Positions 25,466 through 38,005 of a stretch of DNA of 64,000 bases are shown here, piece by piece. The number at the start of each line of letters is the position of its first letter. Position 1 is the first letter of the stretch. This DNA comes from Lama glama (Eukaryota): contig CM052817.1 in NCBI GenBank assembly GCA_028534125.1, positions 73,224,001 to 73,288,000 of the forward strand, written 5' to 3'. The notes beneath the pieces are model-generated. The model saw only the letters and a program-made list of their open reading frames with translations, searched no databases and was not told the DNA's origin. The position numbers were made by a program, and so were the translations under genes.

Positions 25466-25936
25466 AGATGAAAATTAAATACAAACTAACTTCATGTATT
25501 TATCACATATGTACTACTAGCTAAATCTGAAAATAGCCTTTTGACAGACTAAACTATAACTTAATACTAACATCCATTTTTTAAAAGGCTAGTTTTGCCC
25601 TTGTACAAAACAAACTATCAAAACTAATCATGCATCATACTTTAATTTCCTACTTAATTTAACAAAACCATTTGTAATACTTCCAGTTTAAAAAAATTTT
25701 TTAAACTATACCTTGAAAAAGATGATAATAATGTCATTTCCTACTCTTAAAACTCAATTTTGATCTGAAATTAAAATATAAGTTACTGTCAAAAACCGGA
25801 GTAAAAATATAAAAACAAATCTCAATATGGAAACAATGTAAAAATTCACAATATAAAATACTATACTTTCTCACAGCCATACTACTTACATTATGCAGCA
25901 ACCAATCATAGTAAAATAAAAAGGTAACAGTCATAC

Positions 25937-26075
25937 CTGTGAGACAAGATGTAAAAATCTGCTTATACTGAGCAGGAGACTGAAAAACAGCTGGTATGTG
26001 AATCTGCCTTTGGGGAAGATACGCAGATTTTATTTTCTGCCCACTTGGGAAGCATAGCTCAGAGTCATTTATCTC
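25937..26075 (-). CDS. ZGRF1: ZGRF1 exon ~13 (EINDSELCFPSGQKIKSAYLPQRQIHIPAVFQSPAQYKQIFTSCLT)
   Basis: TTTAG|GAG acceptor, CAG|GTATGA donor; 139 nt. Confidence 0.93.
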
Positions 26076-26777
26076 CTAAAATGGAATAATTCAAGTTATA
26101 ACAACTCCAGAAAAATACTGTTTACTAATAAGCAAATTGCATAGGTATGTTAGAGAAAATAAACAGATTTTTCTTTTGATTTCCAGATTCCATGAAAATC
26201 ATTTTCAAATTTTAAATGAGAAACCAAGTATAGCAAGAAAGCAAGAAAGGCTATGGCATGGCCCTTTTAATCATAAATTTGACTAACTTTTCTTATCTGC
26301 CCCTTCGTAAGTTTTAAAATATTTTTGCTAGAAAAAAACTTAACTGATGTGAATGGATCACTATGTACCTGTTTCTGTTACAACTATAAGAATTGTTCAC
26401 AACCAATATGTAATACAATATACCTTTACCCTAATAATAATCTGATCAGTAAAACTGAGCTTATAGTGAAAAATGAAGACAATCATAGTAATAGCAGCAG
26501 TGGAAGTGGTGGTGGGAAGAGTCAGAGCTCTTAATATATTAAGATTTATTATGTGTCAGATACTGTACCAGACACTTTCAAATATAGAACTTCATTTAAT
26601 GTTCACAACCAGAAGATATGACTGGAGCAAGTGTTCTGGAAAACTCAACAAACACCAAAGCCATCAGCTCCAAGACTAAAATCACTGCACCTGTATAATA
26701 TTGATAATTCTTTTGTTGCAATTCAGACAATAACTATTGGCAAAGATGCACCAAGAAACACTGGTACATTTCCTCAC

Positions 26778-27430
26778 CTGTAAATCTCCTGTTATAATGC
26801 AGTTGTAGCAGGCAGACCCTCCTAACACATTTTGAATTTCCTCAGTCTTAGAAGTCTGCTTTAAATTCAAAGAAAGTGCTTCCTTTCTGGAAACCAAATT
26901 TCCACTGCTAAAATCCTGCCGCTGTTGTTGAAGCATGCTTTTTATCATTTGCAAATGCATAGAGTCTAAAGAGCATTCATTCACAGCATCACTCTGTCTT
27001 TCACCTTTATCACTAAAATGCATCCCAGAAACAGTCTCAGCAAAGAAGCCATCTGTTACTTTCTGATCAACTGTGTCTGGAGCAGTCAAGTTGCACTGGG
27101 GCATGTTTTGAAATTTCAGCCACTTGCTTTGAGTAGATATATTACCGAGAAGTGAAACATATCCTGGAGTCATTTCACTAGATTCTTTAGAGAAAGAAGT
27201 TTCACTTTGGTCCTCAGGCCCAAAGCTAAAAGAAGTTGCTGACTCTTCACACAAGTTGAATATGGGAGAACCAGAAGACTCTTGCCTGTCACAGTCGATC
27301 ACATGTGAATAAGATTCTAAGTCAGGTGGCCCACTGGCAGGTGGCAAAGTAATAAGTGGAACTCGGGTTCTACTTACTAATGAAAGTCTTTGAAGGTTCT
27401 TATTCTCCAGAGAACTTGACTTTTTCATTA
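26778..27430 (-). CDS. ZGRF1: ZGRF1 exon ~12 (MKKSSSLENKNLQRL...GDLQ)
   Basis: ORF 26682..27428; TTCTCTTCAG acceptor, CAG|GTGAGG donor; 653 nt, phase 1 to 0. Confidence 0.93.
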
Positions 27431-29290
27431 CTGAAGAGAAAAAAACTGATTAAATAAAAATGTATTACAGACATCACCCAAGCTCTAGGAAACTGGGTAT
27501 ACAAATAAAAAAAGAAAAAGTGCCAACATGCTTTCCACACACACACACACACACACACATAAACACACAAAATCATATTTCTTTAAAAAAATTTTTTTAT
27601 GGTTTTAGTATCAAAAAAGTAAAGATTCCAAAACTTAATTAATACTCTGACTTTTTTAAGGTTGACAAACTTGAAATCCTTCTCTTTTTCTTTCCCCTCT
27701 TAGCTAAGGATTTCCACACCACACCCCTACCCCCATTACTACATTATATTTATATAACATTTATGTTTTCAAAGTACTTTACAGCCAAGAAGGAATATGT
27801 CATTCTCATTTTACAGATAAGATTGCCACCAAAGCCTAAGGTAAGATGACTACCAACTGGCAGAGTTACGAAGAGAACTCAAAACTAGTTTTTTGTTCGC
27901 AACTTAATATTGTTCTCAAGAGACTGAAGTTCACCGTTCATTTAGCCATGTGTTGTAACTTCCTTTATATATTTATTAAACTCATAAATATGTTGACCTT
28001 CAGGGTAAAGAAGATTTTTAGCTTTATTCTGATATATTGCTATGTGATAAGAGTTCAATTCCAGTAAACTCATGTAATGGCAGATTTTGTCTGTTTTACA
28101 ATTCCTTCTGTCAGCAGTGTTAGTAATAGTTATATTAGTGAAAATGTAAACAGCAATGTTTGTTGAATAAATAAAGAATGAATAATACTGCACGGGAACT
28201 ATACAAGCTTAAAGCTTTTATCTGACAATGCTATGGTTTCCTATTTTATAATAATGTACCTTCTTGACAGAGTTTCTATTTCTTGGAAATAAACTCTGGA
28301 GGTCACTTGGAAGGTAGGAGAGCAGTAGGTGAGCCAATGACATTCTTTTGTAAGGTGTTATGTTGTAATTCTAACCAGTTGATCAAGCAACACTGACAGA
28401 AAAGTTAAAACCTCATTAAAAAGTAAAATATTCATGGCATAACTATGAAAATCATCTATATCTCATTGTCACTTCACTTATTTTAGGTACCCCCTCCTCC
28501 CATACTGACTCTTCCCTACCCTATTTCCTCTACCAACCACATGCACTAAACCTCCTCCAACCCACCACCCAGTCATGTTACAGTTTTTATTTTTCTATTC
28601 TCCACGATGACCAAAAAATTACCTACAACATCACCCCTCACCCAACATAACCTCAGAATCAGAAGAAGGTACATTGATGAGATTACAAGAAAAGAAAGAG
28701 ACAAAAGAAAAATTGGTGGAAGGGATCCTACAGAATGTATTATACTTATCAAAAGCAGGAAATCACTCCAGGAAAGAGTCACAATGTATGAAAACATAGA
28801 GGCCTGAGAGTGCAACAGAGATAGCAGCAGTTGAAGAGTTCCCTGATATTGCCAAGATCACAAGGCAAAAAAGGGGATACTAAGAGGTTATGCTAAGGTC
28901 AAGCAATGGTATTGATCACAGACCCATAATGAATCCTCTCCTTAGGAGAGAAAGGGGCTATAGAGGGGCCAGGCTCTGGAGTTACAGCTGTGAGAAGTCT
29001 TGCAACAGTAGAAGACACTTCCAGGAGTCAGTGATAAGAAGTTGAGAGGAGAAATAAGAAGGAACTAGACAGCTAGAAGGGAATATTGTATTTGGAACTA
29101 ACAGCCACCTGCAATAGAAAAGGTCAAAGGGAGAGAGAGTAGAGGAAGGCTTTAGGGCATAAGACATTGAACGTGGTTTCAAAATTATTTTTAGTTTAGT
29201 AACAATCTCTAAAATGAAAAACTTCATTTTATGCAGACAGATAGCTATTAGAGCAACATGGTAACAATTATCTGAGAAAGTAAAGATCAC

Positions 29291-29414
29291 CAGGTAAAGT
29301 TCTTGCTTTCAGGGACTCCTCAGAGAATTCTAACATGAAGTCTTCATCTCTTGAGTTCAGATAAAAAGTAGAAAGAGGGCTTAATGTTGAGATCTTTTGT
29401 TCTGGTGATGTCAC
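29291..29414 (-). CDS. ZGRF1: ZGRF1 exon ~11 (VTSPEQKISTLSPLSTFYLNSRDEDFMLEFSEESLKARTLP); donor position uncertain
   Basis: AATAG|GTG acceptor; the phase-1 donor found before an in-frame TAA is the weak CTG|GTGATC. Confidence 0.7.
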
Positions 29415-30649
29415 CTATTCAGAAAGAAGAAATTAAACTACAGACCAGGATTTTTTTATTGTATTTTTTCCCCTATAGTTTGAATGATTTCTAATAACTG
29501 TATTATAAAAATAATTATTTCAAGCACATTAGGTAGAGCTACAGTGGGGCAAAGTTTCTTCCAAAAGCGACAGGATAGAATAAACTCACTAAAATAAATA
29601 ATAATAATAGAAAGTGAAATACAGAACATAAAACCTGATGGATTTATGTGAAATGAGACAGATCCTGATTTGGATCCTGGGTTATGGAAATTTGGTTCTG
29701 AAGATAAGTTTCTAGTCTGAGGGGCTCAGGCTTAATCAGACCTCATGTTTGGAGCCGTGCAGGTAAAACTTCCTGCAGACCCAAGGACTGAATAGCTTTT
29801 CTCGGTGTTCTCAGGTCTAGGGTTTATCTGCAGTTGATCTAAACTTCAAAATACTGTTCCCAAATGGAATAAACTTTTTTGAAATATTCCACATCTGAAC
29901 AGTCATATTATTCACTATGTTATTATTTTCAGAATGGTATTTAATTTTGTTGCTGCTTCCAGAAATTAATCACCTTAAAAATCTAATATGATGATATTTA
30001 ATATACGTATCTGTGTAAGAACAGAATACAAATTTGGAAGGAAACATATCAAACTGTTAAGAGTGGTTTCTAATAGAGGCAGGATTAGGGGGAAAGGTTC
30101 TTTTACTTATAATCCTATACCCTTCTGAATGATTTGAACTTGTTAAAATATGCTTGTGTATTTGTTTTTTGAGTAAATGACAATAAAGATAAAAAGATTA
30201 TTTTTAGATTTTAAAACATTTTCCTCATTAGCTGCTTGGATCAAGGTGCTGTGCTATGAGCTAAGAATGTGAAGATGAATACTCATGGTCCCTAAACTCA
30301 GGGAGTTCAGTTTAATAGAAGAAACAAACAAATGGGAAATTACAATTCAGTCATCAGCATAATAGCTTTACTATATTATTAAGTTCTTACTGTTTGCCCA
30401 GGACTATTCTAAGCACTTTGTATTTTTAACTTACTTGATCCTTAAAACCACCATATGAGGTGGGTACTCTTATTTTACAACTGAGGGAACTGAGAAAAAG
30501 CAGTTAAACAATTATATTTGCTGAAATTCACCCAACTTATAAGCAGCAGGATTGGAATTCAAACACAGGCAGTCTAGATTGTACTGTCCCCTCAAGAAAA
30601 GAGAAAAATCACAGGCAATACTTACTGAGTATTACACCCTGTTTCCATA

Positions 30650-31220
30650 GTACTTTCTCTACAAACCTGCCAGAGAGTTCTTGCCAAATGTAAATTCAAT
30701 CGTTTTACTCCTCTCACTAAAATTCCAATGGTTCTGGATCTCTCTCAAAGTACAATGCAGCTCTGACAATGTCTCATGGAGCCGCCCTGCAAGATTAGGA
30801 ACCTTACCTCCTCTTCAAACTCACTCACTCCATGGCAACCTCCTTGCTGTTCTACAAACTGGCCAGCATTCTCCTGCCTCAGAACATTTACATTTGCTAT
30901 TTCCTGTGCTTGTAATGCTCTTCCTCCAGATAACTGCATGGACCTCTTTCTTCCTTCAGATCTCTACTCCAGTGTTATTTTAGCAGAGAGGCCCTACTTA
31001 CCTATGTAAAATAGAACTCTATCCACATCTGCACTCTTATCCCTCTCACATGGCTTTACTGTTCTCCATAGCACTTAAAACCTTCTTATTGTCTGTCTCT
31101 TTTCATTAGAATTTAAGTTCCATGAGGGCAGGTCTTTGCCTGTTTTATTCACAGGCCTATCTCTAGCACCTAAAACTGTGCAACACACAGCAGTTGCTCA
31201 AGAAATAGTTGATAAAGGAG
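30650..31220 (+). mobile_element. L2 LINE 3' relic
   Basis: ACATTTGCTATTTCCTGTGCTTGTAATGCTCTTCCTCCAGAT...TTAGAATTTAAGTTCCATGAGGGCAGG. Confidence 0.75.
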
Positions 31221-31655
31221 TGACTAACTGACTGACTAAATATGCTATTCTAAAGAGTTTTACACAAACACTGCCTCTATTTTCTTACCTATTCACTATT
31301 TAATCCACTTTTTACTGATTTCTACTCTATTTCACTGCAAGTGCTCTTGCCAAGGTCACCCAAGACCTCCAAGTTGCCAAATGCAATGTTTCTTTTCTCA
31401 TTTTATTAGATGTCTCACCAATAATTGATATAACTAACCCTCTCCACCCTCCAGTTCTTGAGAATGGGATATAACACACTCTCTGCTCTAAATAAACCTA
31501 TCCATTCTCAGTGCTTTAAACTTTTCTATGTGTAAATGACTACACAAACTCCTCTGAACCAGACCCATGTACCCAACTTCTTACTTAACATCTCTACTTG
31601 ACTGTCACTCAGGCATTCCTTCTACTTCCATATACCCACCCAAACCTGGTCCTCC

Positions 31656-32043
31656 TGATGTGGACTGAACTGTGTCCCCCCAGAATTCATAGCTGAATTT
31701 TGTTTTATTGAAGTCCTAACCCCCAATGTGACTGTATTTGAAGACAGGGGCTTTAAGAGGTACTAAAGGTCATAAGAATGGTATCCTGATCACACAGCAT
31801 TAGTGTTACAAGAGAGCTCTCTAGCTCGCCTGCTCTCTCTGTTTCTGTGTGTGTGTCTCTCTCTCACATACCTAGGAAAGCCATGTGAGGATATAGTGAG
31901 AAGGGAGCCATCTGCGAGCAGGAGCAGAGTTCTCACCAGAACTTTGATTTGGGACTTCTAGCCCCCAGAACTGTGACAAAATAAATTTTTTAAGCAACTC
32001 ATCCTGTGGTATTTTGTTACAGCAACCTGAGCAGACTAATACA
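31656..32043 (+). mobile_element. MaLR MLT1-type solo LTR inserted in an L2 relic
   Basis: TG...GGACTGAACTGTGTCCCCC...GAAGTCCTAACCCCCAATGTGACTGTATTTG...GGTATTTTGTTACAGCAACCTGAGCAGACTAATACA. Confidence 0.85.
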
Positions 32044-33354
32044 CTCCTCCATCTTACTGCCTCAGTAAAGCCCACCGCAGTCCACATTGCTAAATCAGAA
32101 AGCAGGAGTCTTTCTCATCCCCTCTTTCATCCTATTCTGTACATCCAAACCAGCAACATCCGTGCTTCTACCTCCAAAATTTCAACTCCTCTATACTTTC
32201 ACTGCCACAATCCCTGCTTCAAGTCATTATCATCTAAGGGTCTTCTTAACTGGTTTCCCTGCTTCCACCACAGTGCCCATCTAATCCATCTTCCACATAG
32301 CAGCCAACAAAACCTTTAAAAAATGTAAACTGAATCATGTGACTTTCTGCTGAAAATCCTTCAGTGATTTCTCAGTTGAACACAGCAATATCAAAGTTTT
32401 TAGCCTGACCTAACCTGCAAGACTATGTCTGGTCCCGCTCATGTTTCAGTTTAATTAACACTTTCCCTGTCCACAATCCAGCTACTTCGGCCTTCTTTCA
32501 CTTTCTCGAGCCCGCCCAATTCTTTTCAATCTCAGGGTATTTATACTTGTTGTTTCTTTACATAGTATGTTCTTCCCCTCACTGCTGCCACAGCTTAAGA
32601 CTTCCCAATCATCCATAATGTAGATTCCCCTATAATTTCAGAGTATTTTCACAGCTTTTCTACATAGCAATTGTCTCAATTCATTCGTTTGTTCTCTTCA
32701 TTAAAATATTTCTCTTCCTGCTGGCCTTTAAAAACAGAAATCATTCCTATTTTGTCCATAACCCTATACCCTAGTTTATAATTTCCTGACCTGAAGAAGG
32801 CATTCAATAAATACTGCTGGATTCCTATTTATCATGGATTTCAAATTTCACAGTAAAATTTCATAGTCTATTTCACACATTCCACACATTTCCAATTATG
32901 ATCATGTTTAGGCATTGCATTGTATATTTGTTACTATTGTTGGGACTCTTTTTCTATTATATTTTCTATTTGGTTTAGGAAAGTTAATTTTTCAAGCTTA
33001 TCTTGTCTTCAGCTCCTTTACAAAATTACTCTTAAACCTCTCATTTTTAACTGATTCTTCTAATTTCTATTTATATATGCCTCTCATTTCATGTAACATT
33101 ACAAAAAAATCTGTGAATAACAAAGAAGATAGTAATCATCCACATTTTGTTACTTATTCTAACAGAAATTACTTTGTGCATTTCATTATTAAAATAATGT
33201 TGGTTGGTTGTTCATTAAACATTTCTTGATCATGTTAAAAAAAAATCACCCAGTCTTAAGATTTTGATTTTTCTTTTTAGTTTTTAATAGGCATTTTTTA
33301 TAAGACTACCAAAATTTTTTACTCACAACTATTAAAACTTTGTTTACATTATAC

Positions 33355-33428
33355 CTTATTTGCTTCCCACGAAGTACTCTCTGCTGATTTAAAGTTATAA
33401 TCCAAATAATGGTTAGAATGTTCTGAAT
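33355..33428 (-). CDS. ZGRF1: Candidate extra ZGRF1 exon X2 ((Y)SEHSNHYLDYNFKSAESTSWEANK)
   Basis: TCCCTCCTAAAG acceptor, AAG|GTATAA donor; 74 nt, phase 1 to 0, open frame. Confidence 0.55.
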
Positions 33429-33542
33429 CTTTAGGAGGGAAATCTAAAATTGCTGTGGGGGAAAAAAAGCATGGATCTTTTCATAACAGTTTGTTCAATG
33501 TCAAATACTTTTTAATGTTAATTTTATTTACAATTTACTTAC

Positions 33543-33645
33543 AATCATTTTCAACTGAGTCCTTATTAGATTCAGCTATCACTTGAAACTTGTCTTCAAT
33601 ATTAAAGTTAGTACCTCCTTTTGGAAAGTTTTCTTCATCTGAGGA
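33543..33645 (-). CDS. ZGRF1: Candidate extra ZGRF1 exon X1 (SSDEENFPKGGTNFNIEDKFQVIAESNKDSVEND)
   Basis: CTCTATTTTCTAG acceptor, ATT|GTAAGT donor; 103 nt, phase 0 to 1, open frame. Confidence 0.6.
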
Positions 33646-33829
33646 CTAGAAAATAGAGATCCATTTATGAGTTTAGAAAAATTATGTGTACATATCCATA
33701 TCTTATCTATCTCTCTATATACCTCTATGTATCCACACATATACATACAGTTATGGTTATAACTTGAGACACAGAAAAACAGAAATACATTATGAAGCCA
33801 ACTCCATTCAGGGAAAGCAGAGTACATCA

Positions 33830-34471
33830 TATTTCATCAGTTCTTATGACTCACATTTCTTACATCTTAACATCTTTAAAATAGGGATGCACCTTAAAAA
33901 TGATGACATTTTTACACCTCTATAGGACAGGCAACAGTTGTGACATAGCTGTCATTGCCTGTGCATGTACAACTATATGCGAAGTATTCATACTGTTCAT
34001 ATAATGATCACTTAAATATGAGTTTGTGCGCTGTTAATATTATACGTTATTAAGTAATTTTGCTGTTTAAATGTCTTCAAAAAGATCACACTAAGGTTTA
34101 GCACTGAACAAAAAAGTATTGTGTTCACAGAAAGACAAGAAAACAAAGCAGTGTGATATACAATAAAAATCTATGCTCAAATAAATCTAGGAGTCTTTCA
34201 ATAAATATAACATTAAAAATCTAACTGAAGGTGAAAAGGCTTTGGAGATCTGTTTCATAACACTGTAAATATACTTTCCATTACTAACGTGTGCACATAA
34301 AAATGGTTAAGATTAAAAAAATGTTAAGATTCTCAGTTTTATGATTTTTTTTACATTAAAAAAGGCAATGATAAAGCATTGTATAATGTTAACTGCTCTT
34401 TTTTCTTAGTACTATATGTTATAATAGTGCTTCTTACAATTGGTGATAGTATCTTAGAATTTGATGAAATA
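33830..34471. mobile_element. Tc1/mariner (Tigger-like) DNA transposon relic
   Basis: Terminal inverted repeats TATTTCATCA (33830) and TGATGAAATA (34462-34471); family not determined. Confidence 0.55.
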
Positions 34472-34489
34472 CAAAATTTTTTTAAAAGT

Positions 34490-35705
34490 TCAAAAATGTC
34501 AATTCTCCCCAATATTTATGTACAAGATCTATGAAATTTCAATCAAATTCCCAACATCTCTATGTGTATGTATGGAACCTGTTAAGATAATTCAAAGTGC
34601 AAAAAGATAAGAACAAAGTGAGAAGATAAAGTCAATTGTAGGTGAATTAGATCGAAATGTGAAAGGCAAAATAATAAAGTTTCTACAATATGAGAGAATA
34701 TCTTCATGACTTTGGGATAGAGAAAAACATCTTAAACAAAACAAAAAAGCACTAATCAGAAAAGGAACAACAGATAAATTGTATTGCATTAAAAATTACA
34801 AACTTCCATTCATCCAGAGTGAAAGATAAAGTCAGACTCAGGGGAGATAAACATACCAATTAAAAACTGAGGAAGGAAGCTTAACAAACACTTCATGAAA
34901 GAAGATATGGAGAGGGCTAATAATCATATGAGAAGGTTCCAACCTCATTGTTAGGCAGGAAAATGCAAATTAAAATCACAATGAATATCACTGAAATACC
35001 ACTACATACCCACCAGCACAGCTAAAATTCAAAGCAAAAAAACTGTCATCACCAAGTGCTGATGAAGACGTAGAGTGATGGGAACTCCCATACACTCCTG
35101 ACAGAAAGGCAAACTAAAACAACCATTTGGAAAGCAGTTTGGCATTATCTACTAAAAGTAAAAACATGCACATCTAGTGATTCAACAATCCCACTTCCAG
35201 GCAGTGTCACTAACAGAAGCGTGTCATGTATGTACATGTTAATGACGGTAAGTGAATGTTCACAGCAGTATTATCTTTAAGAGCCCCCACATGCAAACAA
35301 CCCAAACACTGAAGAATGTACTGGGGTGTATTCACACAACGGAATCTATACCAGCAACAAAAATGAATGAAGTACAGCCACAGATAACAACATGGATGAG
35401 TTTCAAAATTGCAATGTTGAACAAAAAAAGCCAGACACAAAAAATACACTGTGTATTACTCTACTTACATAAAGTTCTAAAAAACAAAATTCATATATGG
35501 TACTATAAGTCAAGATAGTGGTTATCTTTGGGGAGAATGGAAGGGGATAGTGATTGAAAGGGGGCAGAAGGGGGCCTTCTGGAATGCTGGTAACGCTCTA
35601 TATCTTAAGGGTAGAGGTTACCTGGGTGTGTTCACTTTGTGGTAATTATTGAGCTGTGTGCCTATGATCTGCACACTTATTTTGTATGTGTATTAATTAA
35701 AAAGG
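34490..35705 (+). mobile_element. Ancient L1M relic
   Basis: GGAAAATGCAAATTAAAATCACAATGA...GGAAAGCAGTTTGGCATTATCTACTAAA...GGGTGTGTTCACTTTGTG. Confidence 0.8.
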
Positions 35706-36146
35706 GAAAAATTTTTTTAAATCTCTTTAACAGGTATCATTTTAAATACATGCATTATCATCCTCTCTACATAACTTATTCCATTTGGTAGAAATGAGAG
35801 GTATATGGTGTCATATTTAGGGGGGAGGAGGGTGGAGACATTAGAAGGGGAAAAAAAATCTACCAGCTGTTAAACATATTTTCTATATATAATCTGCCTA
35901 TCTGCTCTTGTCATGAATTCCTAGTCTTCTCTGAAGTGAAAAGTAATCCTTTAAATTTCTGACCCTAAAAAGGTGAAAATCCTTCAAATATTTTTATCTT
36001 AGTTTGATTTATTATGCTTCTTGTCAACTTACTAAACTCCTTTTTAACTTACAACTGTACAAAGATTTAAATACACTCTCTTTGCAAAATTTAGTACTGA
36101 CATAAAGGAAATGATTTGGCACGATACAATATAAAAATATTTTTAC

Positions 36147-36332
36147 CTGCAAGAAGTCAATCTGCATACAAGTGTTAGGCAACTTTGGTGTCAGAAAACA
36201 AGTGTCTGTTGCGTAGTTTTCATATGCCATGCTCTCTGGAAGCTGACTGCATTTTAGCTGTGAGCTGTGTTCTCTGACCATCACAGCACTAGTCGCTGAT
36301 CCTTTCACTTGATGCCCTTGAAACTCAACAGG
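36147..36332 (-). CDS. ZGRF1: ZGRF1 exon ~10 (PVEFQGHQVKGSATS...MQIDFLQ)
   Basis: Overlaps ORF 36024..36308; ATAG|CCT acceptor, CAG|GTAAAA donor; 186 nt. Confidence 0.92.
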
Positions 36333-37921
36333 CTATAGTAAATTATTAAAAATGAGTACTGCATAAATTTATATATTTACAATGCATATATACAAAGAAA
36401 ATAATGCATAATTCAGCTTTCTATTATTACTTAATGTAAATATTTACTGAGACTAATAATGAAAACGAGGAAACATACCTATTTCTCCAAAAACATGTTA
36501 TGGGTAGGCTAACTAGTTTAAAGTGCAATGATTTAAATGCATTCAAGTTCAAGATTAATAAGTATGTTTTTTTTAATAATAAACATAAGAAGTAGTAATA
36601 ACAGGCTGATTAAGCCAGAAAGACACAGGTGTGCCTTTCTTATGCTTCCACTAGACATTATACAACTTTACACTACGGACATCATATGATACTACAATGA
36701 AGTTTCTTCTTATCTGTATATTAACTGTACTGCAAACTCCTTGAGAGCAGAAACTTCTCTGCTTCATCAGGGTATCACCTGCATTTAACACCAGGCTTGA
36801 AATATAGGAGGCAAACAAACATATGAAGAAAGAGAAGTAAAAGAGGATGCATTTTCCTTTGTTTAAGGGTTTTGTAAACTATCAGGCTATTAGCAAGAGG
36901 GATGATAGGCTCCCTACCTCCCAGATGGTCTCACCCTATAGCTCTAAGAAAAAAGGCCTATCAGTACCAAGACAGACATGCACCTTGGAGGGGTGCTTTC
37001 ATCCCTTCGGAGACTTAGTCTGCTTTCAGACTTCAAATGGCTTTCTCTGCTGCCCTCTTGAGGGTTCTCAGATTTTTACTCTACGCAGGGTGACAAAGCC
37101 TACCCAGAACGTGGAAAAATAAGACCGCTGTAAAGCCAAAGGAATGTACATAAAGGATAAATTTATTTCAAACTGATAAATTAACAAAATGACAATAATA
37201 TATAATCTGAATAATCTCTTATTTAAAACTGAAGATTCTAAACCACACATTTGAAAGAAAAATCAAATCTAAAATGCCTCTTCAACAGGACTTTTGTTGA
37301 AAACATTATTCTGAATTTTAAAACATACATATTTCAGAAAAAAAAAAAGCCTAAAGTTTTTAAAGACTATACATTCTGCTTTGTTTGACTGGGAATACAA
37401 ATTCTCTACAAGCAAATAGATGCCTTGCTTTCTATGCTGCTATGCAGATCTTTTCCGGAGGGCTGTGGAGTTTTAGGGAAAGCATCACTATTTACAAAAC
37501 CCAACCATTTATATGCTGTTGTCTCCATCGATTTTTGCTGTGGAGTGGGCAGCACTACTTAGAGCTTGGGTTATATATACTTCCATAGATTCAGCCTGCA
37601 GTAAAAGTGGTGAACTATTTATTAAGATCTTCACTTTGTTCTCCACAGAATATTTATTAATTGTATTTTACATATCTTTGTGTCCAATCTCTAGGGAATC
37701 CTATGTATAGATAATGCATTATTAGTTCAGAGTAAAAGAGAGAGGGCTCAAAACCAAGAAGAAAAAAGGCAGGGGGCAAGAATTATTAGTTTCTCCTGTT
37801 CTTAAAACCAGGTTAATTCCTTATGCTCACTAACCTTCTGCTATGAAAACTCTGATAGTTGTGTAGAAAATAGTAGGAAGACAGAGTGGTTTAGAAAATC
37901 AACATTCTTCACAAATTTTAC

Positions 37922-38005
37922 CTTAGGGTCACAGATTTTTCTCTCCATTTGTTTAGGAATAAGAGCTGGAAAAGCAGTCTCTTCTTCACTGCCCAAGGGA
38001 AAGAA
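37922..38005 (-). CDS. ZGRF1: ZGRF1 exon ~9 (FFPLGSEEETAFPALIPKQMERKICDPK)
   Basis: CCTAG|TTC acceptor, AAG|GTAAAA donor; 84 nt. Confidence 0.88.
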
